DNA from: Takakia lepidozioides
Lineage: Eukaryota > Plantae > Bryophyta
Length of the DNA: 64,000 nt
Direction: 5' to 3'
Assembly (NCBI GenBank): GCA_030704615.1
Contig: CM060731.1
Coordinates: 42,842,001 to 42,906,000, forward strand
Below the pieces are notes generated by a model that saw only the letters and a list, made by a program, of their open reading frames with translations, had not been told where the DNA came from and searched no databases. Position numbers and translations under genes: made by a program. Every line of letters starts with the position of its first letter. Position 1 is the first letter of the stretch. Of this stretch, positions 24,039 to 38,560 are shown piece by piece.

Positions 24039-27000
24039 CTACCAGCCATAGACAGGCCTCTCCACAGACGGAGGAGGCAGACCCAAGTCCTTGCAGTGTT
24101 GTGCATCAAAATGCATAGTTCCTGGGAGAGCCCCTGCCGCTTTTCTTGCCACCTCAATTCCTGAGAGAAAATAATGGCTGAAGGCCAGACCTCTTGCAAC
24201 CATATCGCTGAGGTTGGGCATTGATGTTGACAAAGTCATTGTCCTCTTCTGTGCTTCCTCACCTGCGGGGATTGGCTTTTTCATGTTCGCTCTTCTGGAG
24301 TGCCGTGGGGGTATTCTGTCCAGGTCAGCAGAGTCCATGAAACGGTCTGTGGCAGCCTCCCAAGACAAGAGGTGCCGGAGCTCCGCAGAAAGTGGTTCCG
24401 GCTCAGAAGCCATAGCCTGCTTCACTTTCTCTACAAATTCCTGGGGGGTCCGGTAGATAAGGCAATTGGGGAATGGTCGGAAAAAGTCATTAGATGGGTG
24501 ATCTGCACACACGACAATTTTTCCCATAGCTAGAGCCTCTGCCGTTGTCGTGCATACGACGTCACTAATGCTCGGGTTGATGAATACTTTGTACCTGCAT
24601 ACGGTTGATGTAGGGAGCTTTCAATGAATCTTGATTGAGAAAGAGACATCTAATAGTATACCTCAAGAAAATCTTAGCACCACCAGGATACTATGGCAGT
24701 TTTCAGTAGGAAAAGGCCCCTTCACAAATCATTCTTAGAACTCAGTCCTCCCTTTATTTGTCTGCAGGCCTGTGTCTCACTACCCACAGGCCCTTTCCCT
24801 CACAAAGAACTAGTCTAATGCTGACTGTAGTTGGCTACATCGTTCAACAGGATATTAACTAAAGTCCAACCAATCTGCTTAAAAAAGACACCCTCTTTCA
24901 GATAAACGCATTCCATCCTCAGAAACATGTAATATTCTTCTCAACGGAAAGGCTACCATATCCCAATCTACGAGGAGAACCTTACCCATGGAGAGAAGCA
25001 TCTGCGTGGTCCCTCCCGTGGTGGAAAGTCATGGCAAGCCCATGCTTCTGAGCTGCAGCCTGAACCTCTTGTGAGTCCTCGCCAGTTCCAAAAACATCCA
25101 GCTCCACATCATCCAAATGCTGTTTGTTCTGCGCTAAAAGGTCAACGAGCTCTCTATATCCTTTTCCCCATATCATCTTGCCCAAGAAGTAAGCCCCTTT
25201 TGAGAACGCAGGCTTCCCTTCCTCACTTTCATTTGCTAATCGCCTGCCGATGTCCAGAAACATGGGGCTCACTCCATGGACATTGCACACAGATGACTTA
25301 GGGAGCTCTTGTGTAGCAGCTGAGAGTCGCAAAACCTGATGATTAGATAACCCCATGGTCAAGCTTTGTAAATGTAGGAAAAGGAGAGAACATCCACAAT
25401 TGCCTATAAAAATGGTCTATGCAGGGAAACAAGAAAACACCACTTGTTCCCACCAGGGGAAAATGTTGGTCGCACCATGCCAATCTGGTTAGAGGTTGAT
25501 TGAAATTTGTTTCAGGGCAGACATAACAAACAACAAAGCACAGGTTGATTCTTATCGTACAGTTACTAAGTACTGCGTTCACAAAGGTACTTCATAGGCA
25601 CAGAGAAACACTCACTTTATCACAGTAGATCCGGACCATCCAGTTGTTTACATGCTCTAACAGAAAAGCCTGAACCGGTCCATTCTTCTCCCGTTTCACA
25701 TATTCCAAGTAATTTGTATGAACGACCCCTATTACATGCTGGAACTTGTCAGTCCATCGCTTTCCATGATAATACCATGTCAGATGCTCAGGCTCCTCCA
25801 GTACTGCCACGTCCGCTTCACAATCAGGAATGAATGCGGAGATGTCCCCAGCTGCTAGGATACTTCGTTTCTCTGTAGAGAACTGCATGCCAGATTTTGA
25901 TGCTTGGAGACTGAGTTCAATGAAAAAGTGATTACATGGTAAAGAAAAAATCATCCGTACCCCAAAGTAACATCCTATCCACAATAACAGGAAACCTAAG
26001 TGAGGCAAGTGAGCACAGAACTGAGTCATCAAGCATATTGGTTCTCAATGGGATCACATGCCCCTCTCACTCTAATCTTCACATTGACTGACTTTTTCGA
26101 CCTGTCAAACCAAGCCCACCAACATCGGCCACAACAAAAGTATAATCACCTCATACACAGATAACCATATATCAGTAAGTGTCCTACCTTTCCAGGGTAG
26201 AAAGCAATCTTGAAGTTGGGCTTGAAACCAATCCGAGCTTCAACCCAATTGCGTACATACTTTTCCTGTTCTTCTGGAGATTCAAAGGTCATGTGATTCG
26301 GGTACAATTGCTCTTGATCTGTCTTGGATAGCCAGGGCACCACCAGAGTCACATTTTGCTTCCCAGCCTTAGCCAAGTAGGCAGCCCGGAAGAGAGGATT
26401 TACTGCAGTCCCTGTCATCCATGGTAAACTTGCTGTTGTAACAATTGCAATATTGCGGCAGGAATCTTCCATAGACTCCCTGGCAGACTCGTGTTCACCC
26501 CACAGCCCACCCTTGTAGCGGTAGCCTGTGCTCTGTACCACACTGGCAATTCGGACATCGAGATCATCCAGATTTTGACCAGCATTTTTTACTGTTGGGC
26601 CAACTTCTGTGCAGGGAATGGATGTCATTGAACAGGGCTGCTGGTCTTTGCGTTTACAGCTCCTTAGAATCTCACAAACTTTCTCTGATACATCTGCAAC
26701 ACACAGAATGTAGAGATATATCATTAGCCAAGGAAACTTCACAGAATGACTGTCAGAATGCTTCCAGGATTCTTCTCTCTCTCTCTCTCTCGCTCTCTGC
26801 GGCAAACGCATGTTGATGTGCTCTAGCATATAATCGACTCTACTTTCTTGGAAGCAAGACTGTCTTGTTCAAACAGGCTAAGTCCCGGTGGAAAAAGGTA
26901 GAGGAGATTTCCAAGACCTGAATATTAGGCACGAAGAACTAACCCTGCTATATGAAGCTGACTTGGATGCTGAGGTGTCTAAGGTCAGAGACTGTCCGAA

Positions 27001-29868
27001 CAAAACGAACCCTGAACTTGTTTGTGACATGGGTGAGGACCTTGAGGATGATCTGTGGGCCTCCCTACCTCAGCACTAGACTGAATTTGAACTCAAGGCA
27101 GGGAGTATACCTTTGAACAATAAACAGATGCAGAGAGGAAAGGGAGATTGTCAATGCCCGATATGCGGGCCGCCTGAAGACAATATCCCTTATGCCGGGG
27201 TATTCTCATCAGAGAGCAACCCTCTTCAGGACCATCAAGGACATAGTCCCTGCACCTCTGTTCACCAACTTTCAAAATCTCGAGGCTGAGCCTAAAGCCA
27301 TAACCCTCTTGGGGTCTAATTGCTGGGCAGCTCACACAGCAGATCGGTGCTTGTGTTAAGGCATTTTTAGAGGAAATGTGGAAAGCCCGGAACCAATTGT
27401 GTATACGAAGCTAAGTCCCACTACTGGAGTGAGCCCCTCACAAAGGTAGTGTCTTTTCTCTCCTATTCCGCCCAAACTGGGCACGGGGTCTATGGCTACA
27501 AGGCTACAGCAAACATTCCCTCCAGCAAACGTCCTCTTATGAGTACATTCTCTCTCTCATCTCTCTCTTAACCCAAGGCTTCACTTGCTATGTTTGATGC
27601 TACTTTACAACGATACATTTTACCAAACAAAAATGAAATTGAAGTCCCAAAATGTAAAAATGAACATCATGACAGCAGAATGATTTGCATGTTTTAGTGA
27701 CAAGTTTTTAATCTCCCCACCCCAGGTGCAATATCCAGAAATCCAGCTGGGCTCCACAACATACCTTTCTTGACCCCTAGTTGATCAAGCAGTGGTTCAG
27801 ACTGCCTAACAAGATTTTCCAGCAACTCCGGTACGTCTAAAGGTGCTACATCCTTTCCCTGTGGCTCCTGCTCACCCCCAACAAATTCATGATTTCTGTG
27901 AATGTTATCTTGTTGATCCCTTGATGCTACAACAACAAAGATTGCCATAAAGTCTGCTCTGTGAGTACCAAAACGTACTAAACTAAAATTGACATGCCAA
28001 ACTCAACACTTTGTACAGTTCCACTCAAGGTCTCCGGCATCTTTCCAGCATGATTTGAACTGTACTAGACTTCAAGACCACCAAACATCCCCAAGAGGCG
28101 CCCCTTGGGCCCATGGTCTTACAAGAATCCCAATGAACTGACACTTGTGTGCCCAATACACTTCCGGCAAACCTACTGACAAAGCAAAAAGAGCCAGACC
28201 GTGGCAGAGTCACAAAGAAGCCAAACAGGGTTCTTGATGGGATGGAAAAGAGATCCTACCTTTGTTGCATCTGAACTTGTTGAGAGCTTCTGCAAACAAG
28301 AACAAGACCATGAGAACTTTAATCACTTGACATACAACTGTCGTTTGGGAGAGGTGAAGGGTAAAAATTAAAGAAAAAATCCTCTATCTAAAAGTCTCCA
28401 CTCAACATGCACCAGTTCACGATGCACAGGAATCAACCAGTGAGGCATCCAGCACTGGCCCCTTCTCAGTCTGCCAAACACATTAATCCATCCACCACCA
28501 CTGACTTTGCACGTCCAACCCTCCCTCCGTTTAGTGAACATAAAAAACTTCTCACTTGCGTACTAAATGAACTTTCACGTGAAGCAATTTTGCATGCGAC
28601 CCAAGCAGGCGTTCAAGTCAGACCCCATGTGCCAGTGACCACTATGTGAAAGCCAGTGGAGATCAGAATAACCTGTGCTGACAATCAAACTTCTCACACA
28701 ATCGTCGAGAAAGATCAAGCCGCTAATTCTCAAATCACGGTCTTCTTGTAGATGAGGACAGGCACGCTGTTCAGCTAACTCTGGCGTCTAAACATTGAGA
28801 ATGGAGAGACAAGCCCCAGAAGTAGTTGGGGGCAGTCCTAAGGCATAGTTTGAAGTGCTTGCCTAAGTTGGCGCATAGAGAAGCTCGATCCATCCTAGTG
28901 GTAAATCTAACGAAACAGTCTCGTTCTACTTTCTCTTAACGCTTAGTCACACAAAGAGAGTCCACACATTACAAATTGCTTGACGTAGCTTTGTGACCAT
29001 AGACACCGGGCAACCTTTTCCGCTGAGCCAAGTAGAAGCGGGAAGGGAGAGAGCAGAAAAGAGACACTACAGTTGCGAGGGCTAAGCATACCAAAAAAAG
29101 AGAATGTAAGAAAAAGTACAATACCAGATTCTTTTTGACGTTTTCATAAAACTCTGTCTTCTTGACATTCTGAAAGAATTCTGATGGAGTCTTGCTGGTG
29201 GCAGCTGTGCTCTCAAGGTCCCGCAGGCTCTCTTTCACACTTTTCCTTACACGGCGCAATGGCTCCCAGTCATCACCCAAAGGCTTCACTTGCCGGTTGG
29301 CCTTGTTCCTTCTTGCCCCTTGCTGCCAGTCCCGCGCCACCATCCTTCTCTCCCCTGTCTTCCTCCACTGTCCCCAATCTTTACTGAATCTGTCCCCTGC
29401 TTTCCTTGAGAAGAAATCCAACCCCGATTCACCATCTTTAGACACCAGGGATTTCCTAAGGGAAAGATCCAATCCTTTCGTATCCTCCCGGCGCTTTAAA
29501 AATTCGGGATCAGACCATGAGCGTCTGAAATTCGACAAACTCGGCTTCAGATTCTTGAGAAAATCAAAGTCCTCCGTCGCTGGCGGCATGGCCGTATTGT
29601 ATTGCCCTGTCACCCGACCACTGTCCTTTTTAAGAATGTTTCCAGAGTTCTTCACATTGTTGAAGGAGAGCGACCGAGTCTTAATACTCTCCCATTCTTT
29701 ATCTAAAGTGGTTGACAGATCCCTGAATGATTTCACCCTGGCGCTCATCAGCTTCAGATCAGTCTCTGCACTCTTCTGCACATCTAACAGACTCTTCGAT
29801 ATGAAAGACAAGGCCCTCTCCGCCGCAGCCGTCCCGGAATCTGGAGACGTCCCATCCCAGGGAGCCAT
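24039..29868 (-). CDS. DGD1: Digalactosyldiacylglycerol synthase 1 (glycosyltransferase with N-terminal extension)
   Basis: Seven phase-consistent GT-AG exons: 29868-29125, 28289-28260, 27867-27765, 26693-26188, 25882-25616, 25335-24986, 24594-24039 (~851 aa). Motifs [56 protein letters not shown] and C-terminal PVYGW. Confidence 0.93.
26880..27570 (+). mobile_element. Degenerate 3' fragment of the resident LINE family in DGD1 intron 3
   Basis: Homologous to the reverse complement of ~59770-60400 (gtttgtgacatggg..., ctagactgaa..., actgggcacggggtctatggctacaaggctac). Ends in tatgagtaca plus a CT-rich tail. Confidence 0.8.
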
Positions 29869-32800
29869 GGAAATCGACGCAAAGCAATGATGCCTCAGAT
29901 GGATAACAAATCTCTTCCAGCCGTATTGCTCCCACAAATCTCACCACTTCCCTCTTGTTCAATGCTGTCGCAATGCATCTACATACACCGAGTGTGCACG
30001 ATCAGAAACACACATCATTTGCAAAGGAACGAGGGATTCTTCCAGGAAACACAGCGCCAGCGTTGCTTCGCGCCAGGCTCGTCGTCGGGCCTGAACCCTA
30101 ACTTAGTTACCCCCATGCCGCACCTCTGCTATTCCCTAACCAGGCCTTCACACTCCCGAGGCTCGGCTAATAATATAATAAATCAAGTTTTCTAATGAGC
30201 TGCGGATCCTTGGGCTCGTGGTCTGGGGTTCAATCCCGTGAGCCTCGGGGCTTGTGTGTTGTAACCGTCGCCCATCAGGCTTCCTTTTAAGAAATCAAGA
30301 ATTCCATAAATAACACGGAGAGCCGGTAGCTCAGTTGGATAGTACCCAAGTGATTCTGGGCTCAAAACTTGTTTCCTCCTTGTGTGTGGGTATTATTATC
30401 TTCTTCGCCTTGGGCTGTGTGCCAATTTTCTGATTTTGGAAGTTACTTTGAAGGACTCCTCTCATTATAATTAAGGGGCCTGATTTCTGTGCGGTCGCTT
30501 CGGGTGTTTCCCTTAAAGTATGTAGATATGAATATGTATAGTAATAAATCACGTAGTTTGGTTAGTTCCGAACTGGAATCCGGGGCAGCAGGTAGTGTGG
30601 TCCGGCGCTAGCCAAACGCCGCACCAGCAAGCGGTGGTGGAAGACGTTCGGTCCGAACCTCTTCCGTAAGAGCACAGCTGGCAGGCCAGGTGTGCCGGTG
30701 CGACGGCTGCCACATACAAAAGAGTGGGTCCATGGACACGTGTCTGGCGCAAGGGTGCAGCAAAGTCCCGTCTGCACCCCCGATGGAATATTCCCGATTC
30801 GTTGGTCCCATTGGGTCACGAGGTGTGGCCCGAACCACAATAATGATCCATAGCTGCACAGACTTAAAGTCGTACTCGTACTGACTAGGGCTACCGCCAG
30901 CAAATCTTGGTTTTTAGTTTTTACGTTTTTACCCGAGCCGAGAAAAATAGTACAGTGTGTAAGTATAACGTCAGCGAATTTACAGCCTATTGCTCACGCC
31001 TCAATGGACGGTTGAAGGCACATGTTGAGGATTGAACCCCGGATCACCCTAGTTGTGCGCAGACAAGGCAGCCAATACAAGGGCCTCCTGCAGTCAAAAT
31101 GTAGGCTAACACAATCTCAAAGGTTAAAATATTAACTTACATGTGAACGACTCGTAGAGCTCTTTAGAAAAGACATTTTTTTTCTCTTGACAACCATTTT
31201 AATGTATTTTTTTATTACTTTATTGGCCCTGCCCGACAGCCTGGTAGGGACTACGCATCAAGTTGGCCAAAGTGACCTTAACCTTATATCACGGGTTGTT
31301 CCCATGAAACTTAATGGGAACATGAAAGTTTTTAGTTCCCAGTTGGGCACATGTTACACTTCATTCAATAAAATAAAACAATGGCACGGCCTCTGTGTAT
31401 CTCACGCCCTATTATTTTTTTATTTTGTTTTAAAAATTGTACTTTATATCTGAAATCTTTATAGTTGAACGAATACTAAGAAAATGTTTCTCTAGAAACT
31501 AACAGGTTTTACTTTTAAGCTACATAGATTTCAATAGATCTTACATATGTAAAAAATGGATGGATATGATGGTTATTTTTAACCATGTCCTCTAACAAAG
31601 AAAACTAGACTAATGTGGATTTTCAAGTAGCTTCAAATACTAATTAAATAGTTTTTGTGGAACTAATTTGAGAGCTCTCAAACAAAGTTGGTTTTTCTAG
31701 ATGGTGACTTTATCCTATCCATGATTCTCATTTTGAGTGAAAGTGGTGGTTTAATTACAATGAGAGGAGAAAATAACCTCTCCGCATGTTTGCGATGGCT
31801 TCAACATTTATCTTGGTCATTCAAGCAAATTGACAAAAATGTGCAGATAGGCCAAGCATACCAACCAACACCAACACCATCTGGTCAATCTTTCCATGCC
31901 AATCCATCGATATTGTTAACACATGCGCATGAAGTTGATAACATGTACCCCAAGTTGAGGGAAAAATAAAAACATCAAGCAACAAGCGAGTGGCTTATGG
32001 AGATTGAATGCATGCATAGATATGAATGTTTTGAAACCTTGTGGATGAACAGTGTGAGAGGATGATGGAAGAGCAGTTTTGAGGTTGCTAAGAGCATTGG
32101 ACAAAGATCCACTAGAGGAAGCATGATGGCTAGCATGAACAATGCCCTTCATTTAAAAAAAAGATGAGACCATCCAAGGAAGGACTCCATGACATTTGTG
32201 GATTTTTTGTATAGTTGTTGTGTTTTGTATGGTCGATGTGCAAGTGGATCTCTATACCAGTTTGATGTTCCAATTACTGTGAATGACTTCCCTGATTTAA
32301 ATGTGCCCTACACCAAGCTTTTCGTTGAATCTATTGAAAATCAAGACAATTATATTCCGGTGCATTATGGTCATGCAGTGAATGCTATTATTTTTAATAT
32401 ATAACTTGTGCTCATATCTACCTTTATATTTTCCTATGCAATATCACATTTTAGTCATAATATCCACGAGTTTGGATATCATCTTTTGACAAGACCTCCA
32501 ATATAACCATACTTCGTCATTATCTTGAGTGAACATGTTCCCTCTAGATGAACAGTCAGGACACTTCCGCAACATCAATTGGGAGCAATCGACACCTTTG
32601 CAATATTGGTTGTGGTAGTGCCCTAAAATTTACCGGATGTGGACGTCGTCGACCGTGGCATGAGATTACCCTTTTGGCATCAGGGGATAGTTTGAAAAGC
32701 TCTGGTCTCATTGCAGAATGTTGTAAAATTTTTGATTTGTCAAAAGGAGTATGTCCTCTTTGGAGACTTGTAGATTGGTTCAAAGATTTACGCCAATCTA

Positions 32801-35800
32801 AAGCTTTTTTTGCTCTCAAGAGGTCGTGCAACAACTTGATTCCTCTTTCTTTCTCTAATAATGCATTTTAATCTGGCAATTAGGGATACTTTACTTTTAA
32901 ATTTCAAGCATTTTCTGACAAATTTTAACCCATCTACTTTACTTATCAAGAAAATTATTCTCTGGCCAATTACATCATCAAAGATGCTCATAGAGAATCA
33001 AATCATCCATCATGCTAGTAAATAATAGTAAATAAATAACAGAATGTTGTAAAGAAGAAATATAGAGATCAAAGCAAAGAATTTTGAAATCAATATTTAA
33101 AATCAGAAAAAAATAGAAGCAAAGTCAGAATTGGACTGAATTAATTTGGGAGAATGGCAAAAATAAAATATCAAAACCAAAACATGAAGATTATTTTAAA
33201 AATTATAAAGTAATAATATTTGACAAAAAAGATTAACCCAAGAAAATACATATTTTAAAAAAACAAAAAAATAAAAAAAAAAAAAACAAAATGCATTTTA
33301 TACATTTTAAAATCTTTTCGAAATTGTTAATATCTTAAGCCATAGAACAACGAATCATTCAAAATCAAAAAAAAGAAAAAATCGTCGCATAAAAAAGTAT
33401 AAAATATAATATAAATCCCTATATAATAATATAGTGGTTATAGCCCTCTACCTTGCATAGCCTATCCTACCCCCTCTATTCATTATAAGTTAGCTCACAT
33501 ATCTCCGTCCTCACCTCTCTCCTACCTACCAACCAGCGTCCGGGAAATAATTTCAGTTGAAACAGCCAGTAGCCGCTCATTCCCAGCAGCAATCGGCTAA
33601 GTGGGTTGGGCAGTCGGTTGCTGCCCCTTAGTGGTAACTATACCCGGTCAATTTCCGAGATAATTTCTTTACAACCGGTTATATTCCTAATGATTTATTT
33701 TGTGTTCAGCTATAAATCCGGCCCTTATAAATATCAACGGGTTGACAACACAGTGTCAAATGCACAACAATAAGTAAATAATAATAATAATAAATAAATC
33801 ACAACCAGTTTTAAGCAATTCAAACAAGTGAAGAACATTGTATCCTTATAGAAGTTGGACCTGTCAATGCCTTCAAACCACATGGAGGCCAAGAATTGAA
33901 CCCGCATGGACAGGTGAGCTGTGATAGCAGGCAGCGAGTGCAAGCAGGCGTGGGGCTGGGGCTGCGAGAGCAACGTCCAGACTTATTAGGGTTTGCCCGC
34001 GGGCCCGCCCTCTTTGAGTTCAATATTTTTTCACCTAAACGCCCTTCCTTGGATGTAACCCGGCCCTGGCACGTTGGATTTCTGCCATGTGGTGGACTTC
34101 GACGGCCATTTCCATTTTTTGTAATATAAGAAGGGCCGGAATCCGTCCAGGCCTTGCCAACTAAGGCAGATTTCCTGTCTGTAATGAAATGGAAAGGCAA
34201 ATATCCTTCCTAAAAGTAGGGCACCCGGTTGATTTCCACTTCGGCCATTTTTTCCCTCGGATCCATTTCCTGAGGTTTCATATTTCATTCGGAAATTCTG
34301 GAATTCAGTCGGCTAGCATGTAACTGGCTGCCGGTTCTCCCCGGACGTTGCTACCAACTATGCCACCACATTCTCAGCTTCGCCGCGTTGGGATGGACAT
34401 TGGTGCAGCAGCCAAAATGTCCCTTCCATACAATCGCCATTTTTACATGGTTTATAATAGGCAGGTGGACTTCCATGTTGCTGAATGTCGATTCCCTCTT
34501 GGCGATATTTTTTTGGATCCGTTTAAGTTCGCCTCTAGCCGATTTTATTTTTCGGACGTCTAGGGCAGATATTTTGGCCTTTTGTTCATAAATCCATTTG
34601 TCTCTACTCATCCACCAAAGTGGGTTTTTGTAGCTCCCAATGGAATGACTCCAAAAACAAACAGCCCATCCTTCGTCCCCTTCCCCCAAATCCACATGAA
34701 AACTTACAAACTTTGTTTTTTTTTTAAAAAAAAGGCAAACAACTGGGAGCGACAGCTCACAAATCAGGCCCCTCAATAGTCCCCTCAATAGTGAGAGGAG
34801 AAAATAACCTCTTTCACGGTAACCTCACCATGAAGGTCACCAAACTATTGGTAGGCATATTTGAAGTAAGTATAAATAGCTGAAGAAGCTCCGTGGTGAT
34901 TTTTTTCAAAAGTTATTTCGGATATCAAATGAAGTCATTTGTTCATGTGTGGACCAATATGTGCCCGTTTTGTAGTAAAATACGAAGTACAAGACGGACA
35001 ATGTCACGTAATGTTAGGGTAAGAATTTGACGTTGAGAAACGATTGCCGTCATAAGGCAGAGTGTAGTATTATGAATGATAATGGTACCATTTGGGCTCG
35101 TGAGAATTACAGAGTTGTTGTCATGCGGCAGGTATACAATTAGTTCAGTTGTCAAACATATGCCAATTTTTGTGGCTCCCGTGACAAGCTTTCACTGAAA
35201 AATTGATTGTCGAATAAGCGCATTGAAAGTTTTTATTATAATATAGTGACTTGGTTATGATCCTTTTGCATAGCACACTTCATGAACATTTTGTGAGAAA
35301 ATTGATGCATACAATTGCAGCTCAGAAGCACATACACTTTTCATTCCACCTCTGTTCACCATGAACAATCTGTGTTCACATCTATGTTCACGAGTTCTAT
35401 GTTCGCCTCTGTTCACATTGAACAATCTTATTCTGAAGTTTACTAGCCATGCTGGATTACAACAAAAGGTGACAAAACAATATCCCAAAACAAGTGTGGA
35501 CGAAATCCAAGGTACTATTCTTTGATTCAGTATATCACGCATTACCTATTAATCATATTGATCTGAAACCCCTCATCTTGTCAATTCTTCTTTACACTTG
35601 TCATGGTGTATCTATCAGTCATCCATCAAAAGTTTTCTAAATTTTGGCTACCTAGTAACATGTCCAGTTGCGGGCTTTTTCTTTAAAATGAAGTTATTTC
35701 ATATTCCATTACTAGAGTGGTGGGCCTTTGAGAAATGAAATTCATGTACAAGAGTATCTTTGAGGCATTGCCACACTTTACAAATACATTCGATTTCGCC

Positions 35801-37769
35801 AATGAAACAATATCTAGTATCACAAAAAAATCCAAAAACTATTACTAAAAGACTGCCCAATCATTAAATCTCGATCATTGCTGAACGTTACAAATACATT
35901 CAATTCCCCAATAGGTTTCACAAATGAAATTTTTTGTCTACATATGAAATTGAAGCCAAAAATGAGGTGGCTCGAGCAGAGTTATGAGCAGTTCATGTTA
36001 GCATTAATATGCGACGACAAGTTTATCTTGTTAGATTTTGGTTCGAGCACATTTTCGTTTCACCATATAATATTTTAATTTATTCTCAAAATATATAGAA
36101 TATTGTGTTATGCTAATGTGAGCATGCTCACATGTTACTCAACCTCACTACGACTTCCTAAGAGTTACTGCATTCTCTTTAGAAAGTGCACATTCATAAG
36201 ATGTAAAAGGTGACTTCCAACATACACCTACCTCCCAAGGCTTCTAACCCACAATCCCTAAATGCTTGGCCAACTTATCCAAGTGAGATGTACAAATAGC
36301 TTACAAACCTACTTCTAACATACAAATAAAATAAATATCTGGAACCAACAAAAGAACTCGGATATTGCCCTTTGAAAAATAAAAAATAAAAATGAAAAAC
36401 TACTATTCTTAAAGAGAAATCTAGTCTAGTCTCATTCACAATATAAATAACACACATGGAAATCTTCCGTTATGAACATGATCACTCACAACCATGATCT
36501 TACTCTCTACCACATCTAAAGTTTGTAACCAGTCAGGAGCTCAGTTGGTTAAGTGCACTTAGTGCCACCCAGATGTGTCTCAGGTCAAATCTTGCTACTT
36601 GAGGGGTGTGGTATTCTCTTCTCCCCTTCCTTGGACGATGTCTCACTCATTAGATCTACAGATCTTCTCTAACTTCTAAGTCAAGACTCAGAAATACAAG
36701 AAACAAAATCAAGTAAAGGCAAGCGAACCTGATAGTTACTCCTGTTTCTCATGTGAGCTATTTTGCCGGCTAGGTTGAAACCTCCACCACTTTGGGCAGT
36801 TGCATAACATGATGCCCAATTTTGTCTTTGCGTGGACAAACTAATATGGGTGAACATCTCTCCTCAAGAGAATCTGCTCCGAAAGGAAACAAAAAGATTA
36901 CATCACGGAAATCCATCGGTTTGTGACAAACAGAAGTAGTGGCTGCCTCAGTTGGGGTGATGTCAGACCGTCCTCCAAGTGATTGTATGCTATCTTATTG
37001 GAGTCCATGCCCACCACGGGAGTTTTGAGCGCTATTTTATGGTGGTTCCCAGAAGTTATCTGGAAATACAGCACAGGGATGCTAAGTGCATCATCCGTAG
37101 CAAAATTTGATGAAGAGGGCAGGCAGTACCTCTTACAATTTGCTGTCACCGATTCAGCTGCTTGCTTTACAAAGAGTTTGTTTACAGTTTCACTTTTGAG
37201 GATGTGGATGGAAGGATATCAGTTCCAATTTTTGGAACATCATGAGGTGAATATGCACCACCATTAATTGATGACCAAAAAGTCAGCTTCCAACACTTGG
37301 TAAGACCGTCCGATTCTGAACATGTAAAGTAGTGAATTTGACCTTTATAGCTTATTTTTTTTATACCTTGTGCTGTAAGAATGGACCAATTATGCATGTC
37401 ATGAAAAAAAATCCCATAATCCTCATTGTGGTGCCAATTGTGATACCTACAATCACATTGTTGATGTGCGATATGTACATTGTTCCCCTATTGATTTTGA
37501 TTTTGATCGCCGTTGCCCTGTGTATAAAAATGAATAGTGTAGCAATTACATGATATCATTATAAAATCCAAACCCGCCACATGACCGTTTGATATAAATA
37601 GAATCAATGGGCCAATGGGCCAGCTCAATCTGGAGGCCAAAGAGGGGGAGTCTCCAAAGATGTAAGTCTAGAAGTTATGACATCATGGGAGGCCCAAAGG
37701 ACCCAACAGACTGAGAACAGGAACAGAATTCAAAATTCAGAATTTCTAAAACAAAATCAAATAACTGCT

Positions 37770-38560
37770 CAAGCGTGGCATGAATGCCTCATGTAGTAGG
37801 CCGCCGTGCATTTCAGGTTCTCACAGCTAAATGCCTCTTCCATGGAGGAAGGATCGCTGAAGTACTGCCTAGATCTAGTAGTAAGCAGGAAACGATAGTG
37901 ATGCCCTGTCTCCACTTTGCCCGTTCTGCAACCAGGACAGATCCTATCCTGAGGTGGTGTGTAATCCCTTTGTACCGATTTGGAAAGTGTGGGAATCAAC
38001 TGTGCATTTTCCCAAAGCTGGTTGGAGAACTGAGAAGAGTGGTAGGAGGCATAATGATGTGGTAGTATCTGTCCATGATCTCATAGTATGTAGGACAAAA
38101 GAAAGCAACTATCTTCTACTTGGAGAAATGACATGGAAAGAACGAAAGAAACATCCACAGAAGGTCGGGAAGGCCCATAAGACAAGTAATAGAGATAGAA
38201 GATGGGGACCTGAATGAGCCATCTTTGATCAGGAACTCCTCTAGGGCTACACCAAGTTCTTCAGCTAATAATCCGCTCACCCTCTGGAATCATCATCCAG
38301 ATTTCACTGTTGCTTTCAGGGATTGAAGTCTGGTGAACCATTCTTGGTTGTTTGTGGGATATGAGCGACATAGGAAGGTTTGAAGGTGTTCTCAATGTGT
38401 ATGCTGAGTTGACGATGGGGGTTTAGAATATCTTGCTCTTGCGACTTGACTACCGGGGGCTCATAAGGGTATTCGATTTTGGGCACAATGGGCTTCAAAT
38501 GGTGAGATAGCTGACAAATAAAGATCCGAGTTTTGGTATCCCAGACCATGTCTACAACTC
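37770..38560 (-). mobile_element. Highly degenerate LINE 3' region
   Basis: PPQDRICPGCRTGKVETGHH resembles the C-terminal zinc knuckle of non-LTR reverse transcriptases. The upstream part is heavily decayed. Confidence 0.45.

Noticed and set aside
30317-30370. tRNA gene
   Set aside because: Only an A-box-like segment; no complete cloverleaf or acceptor stem.
31900-33000. Short ORFs that may be a decayed transposon gene
   Set aside because: No diagnostic motif I can name, so it is left unannotated.
33415-33440. TCCCTATATAATAA as a Helitron 5' end
   Set aside because: No matching 3' hairpin/CTRR end or Rep-helicase sequence identified, and the AT-rich context makes a chance match likely.
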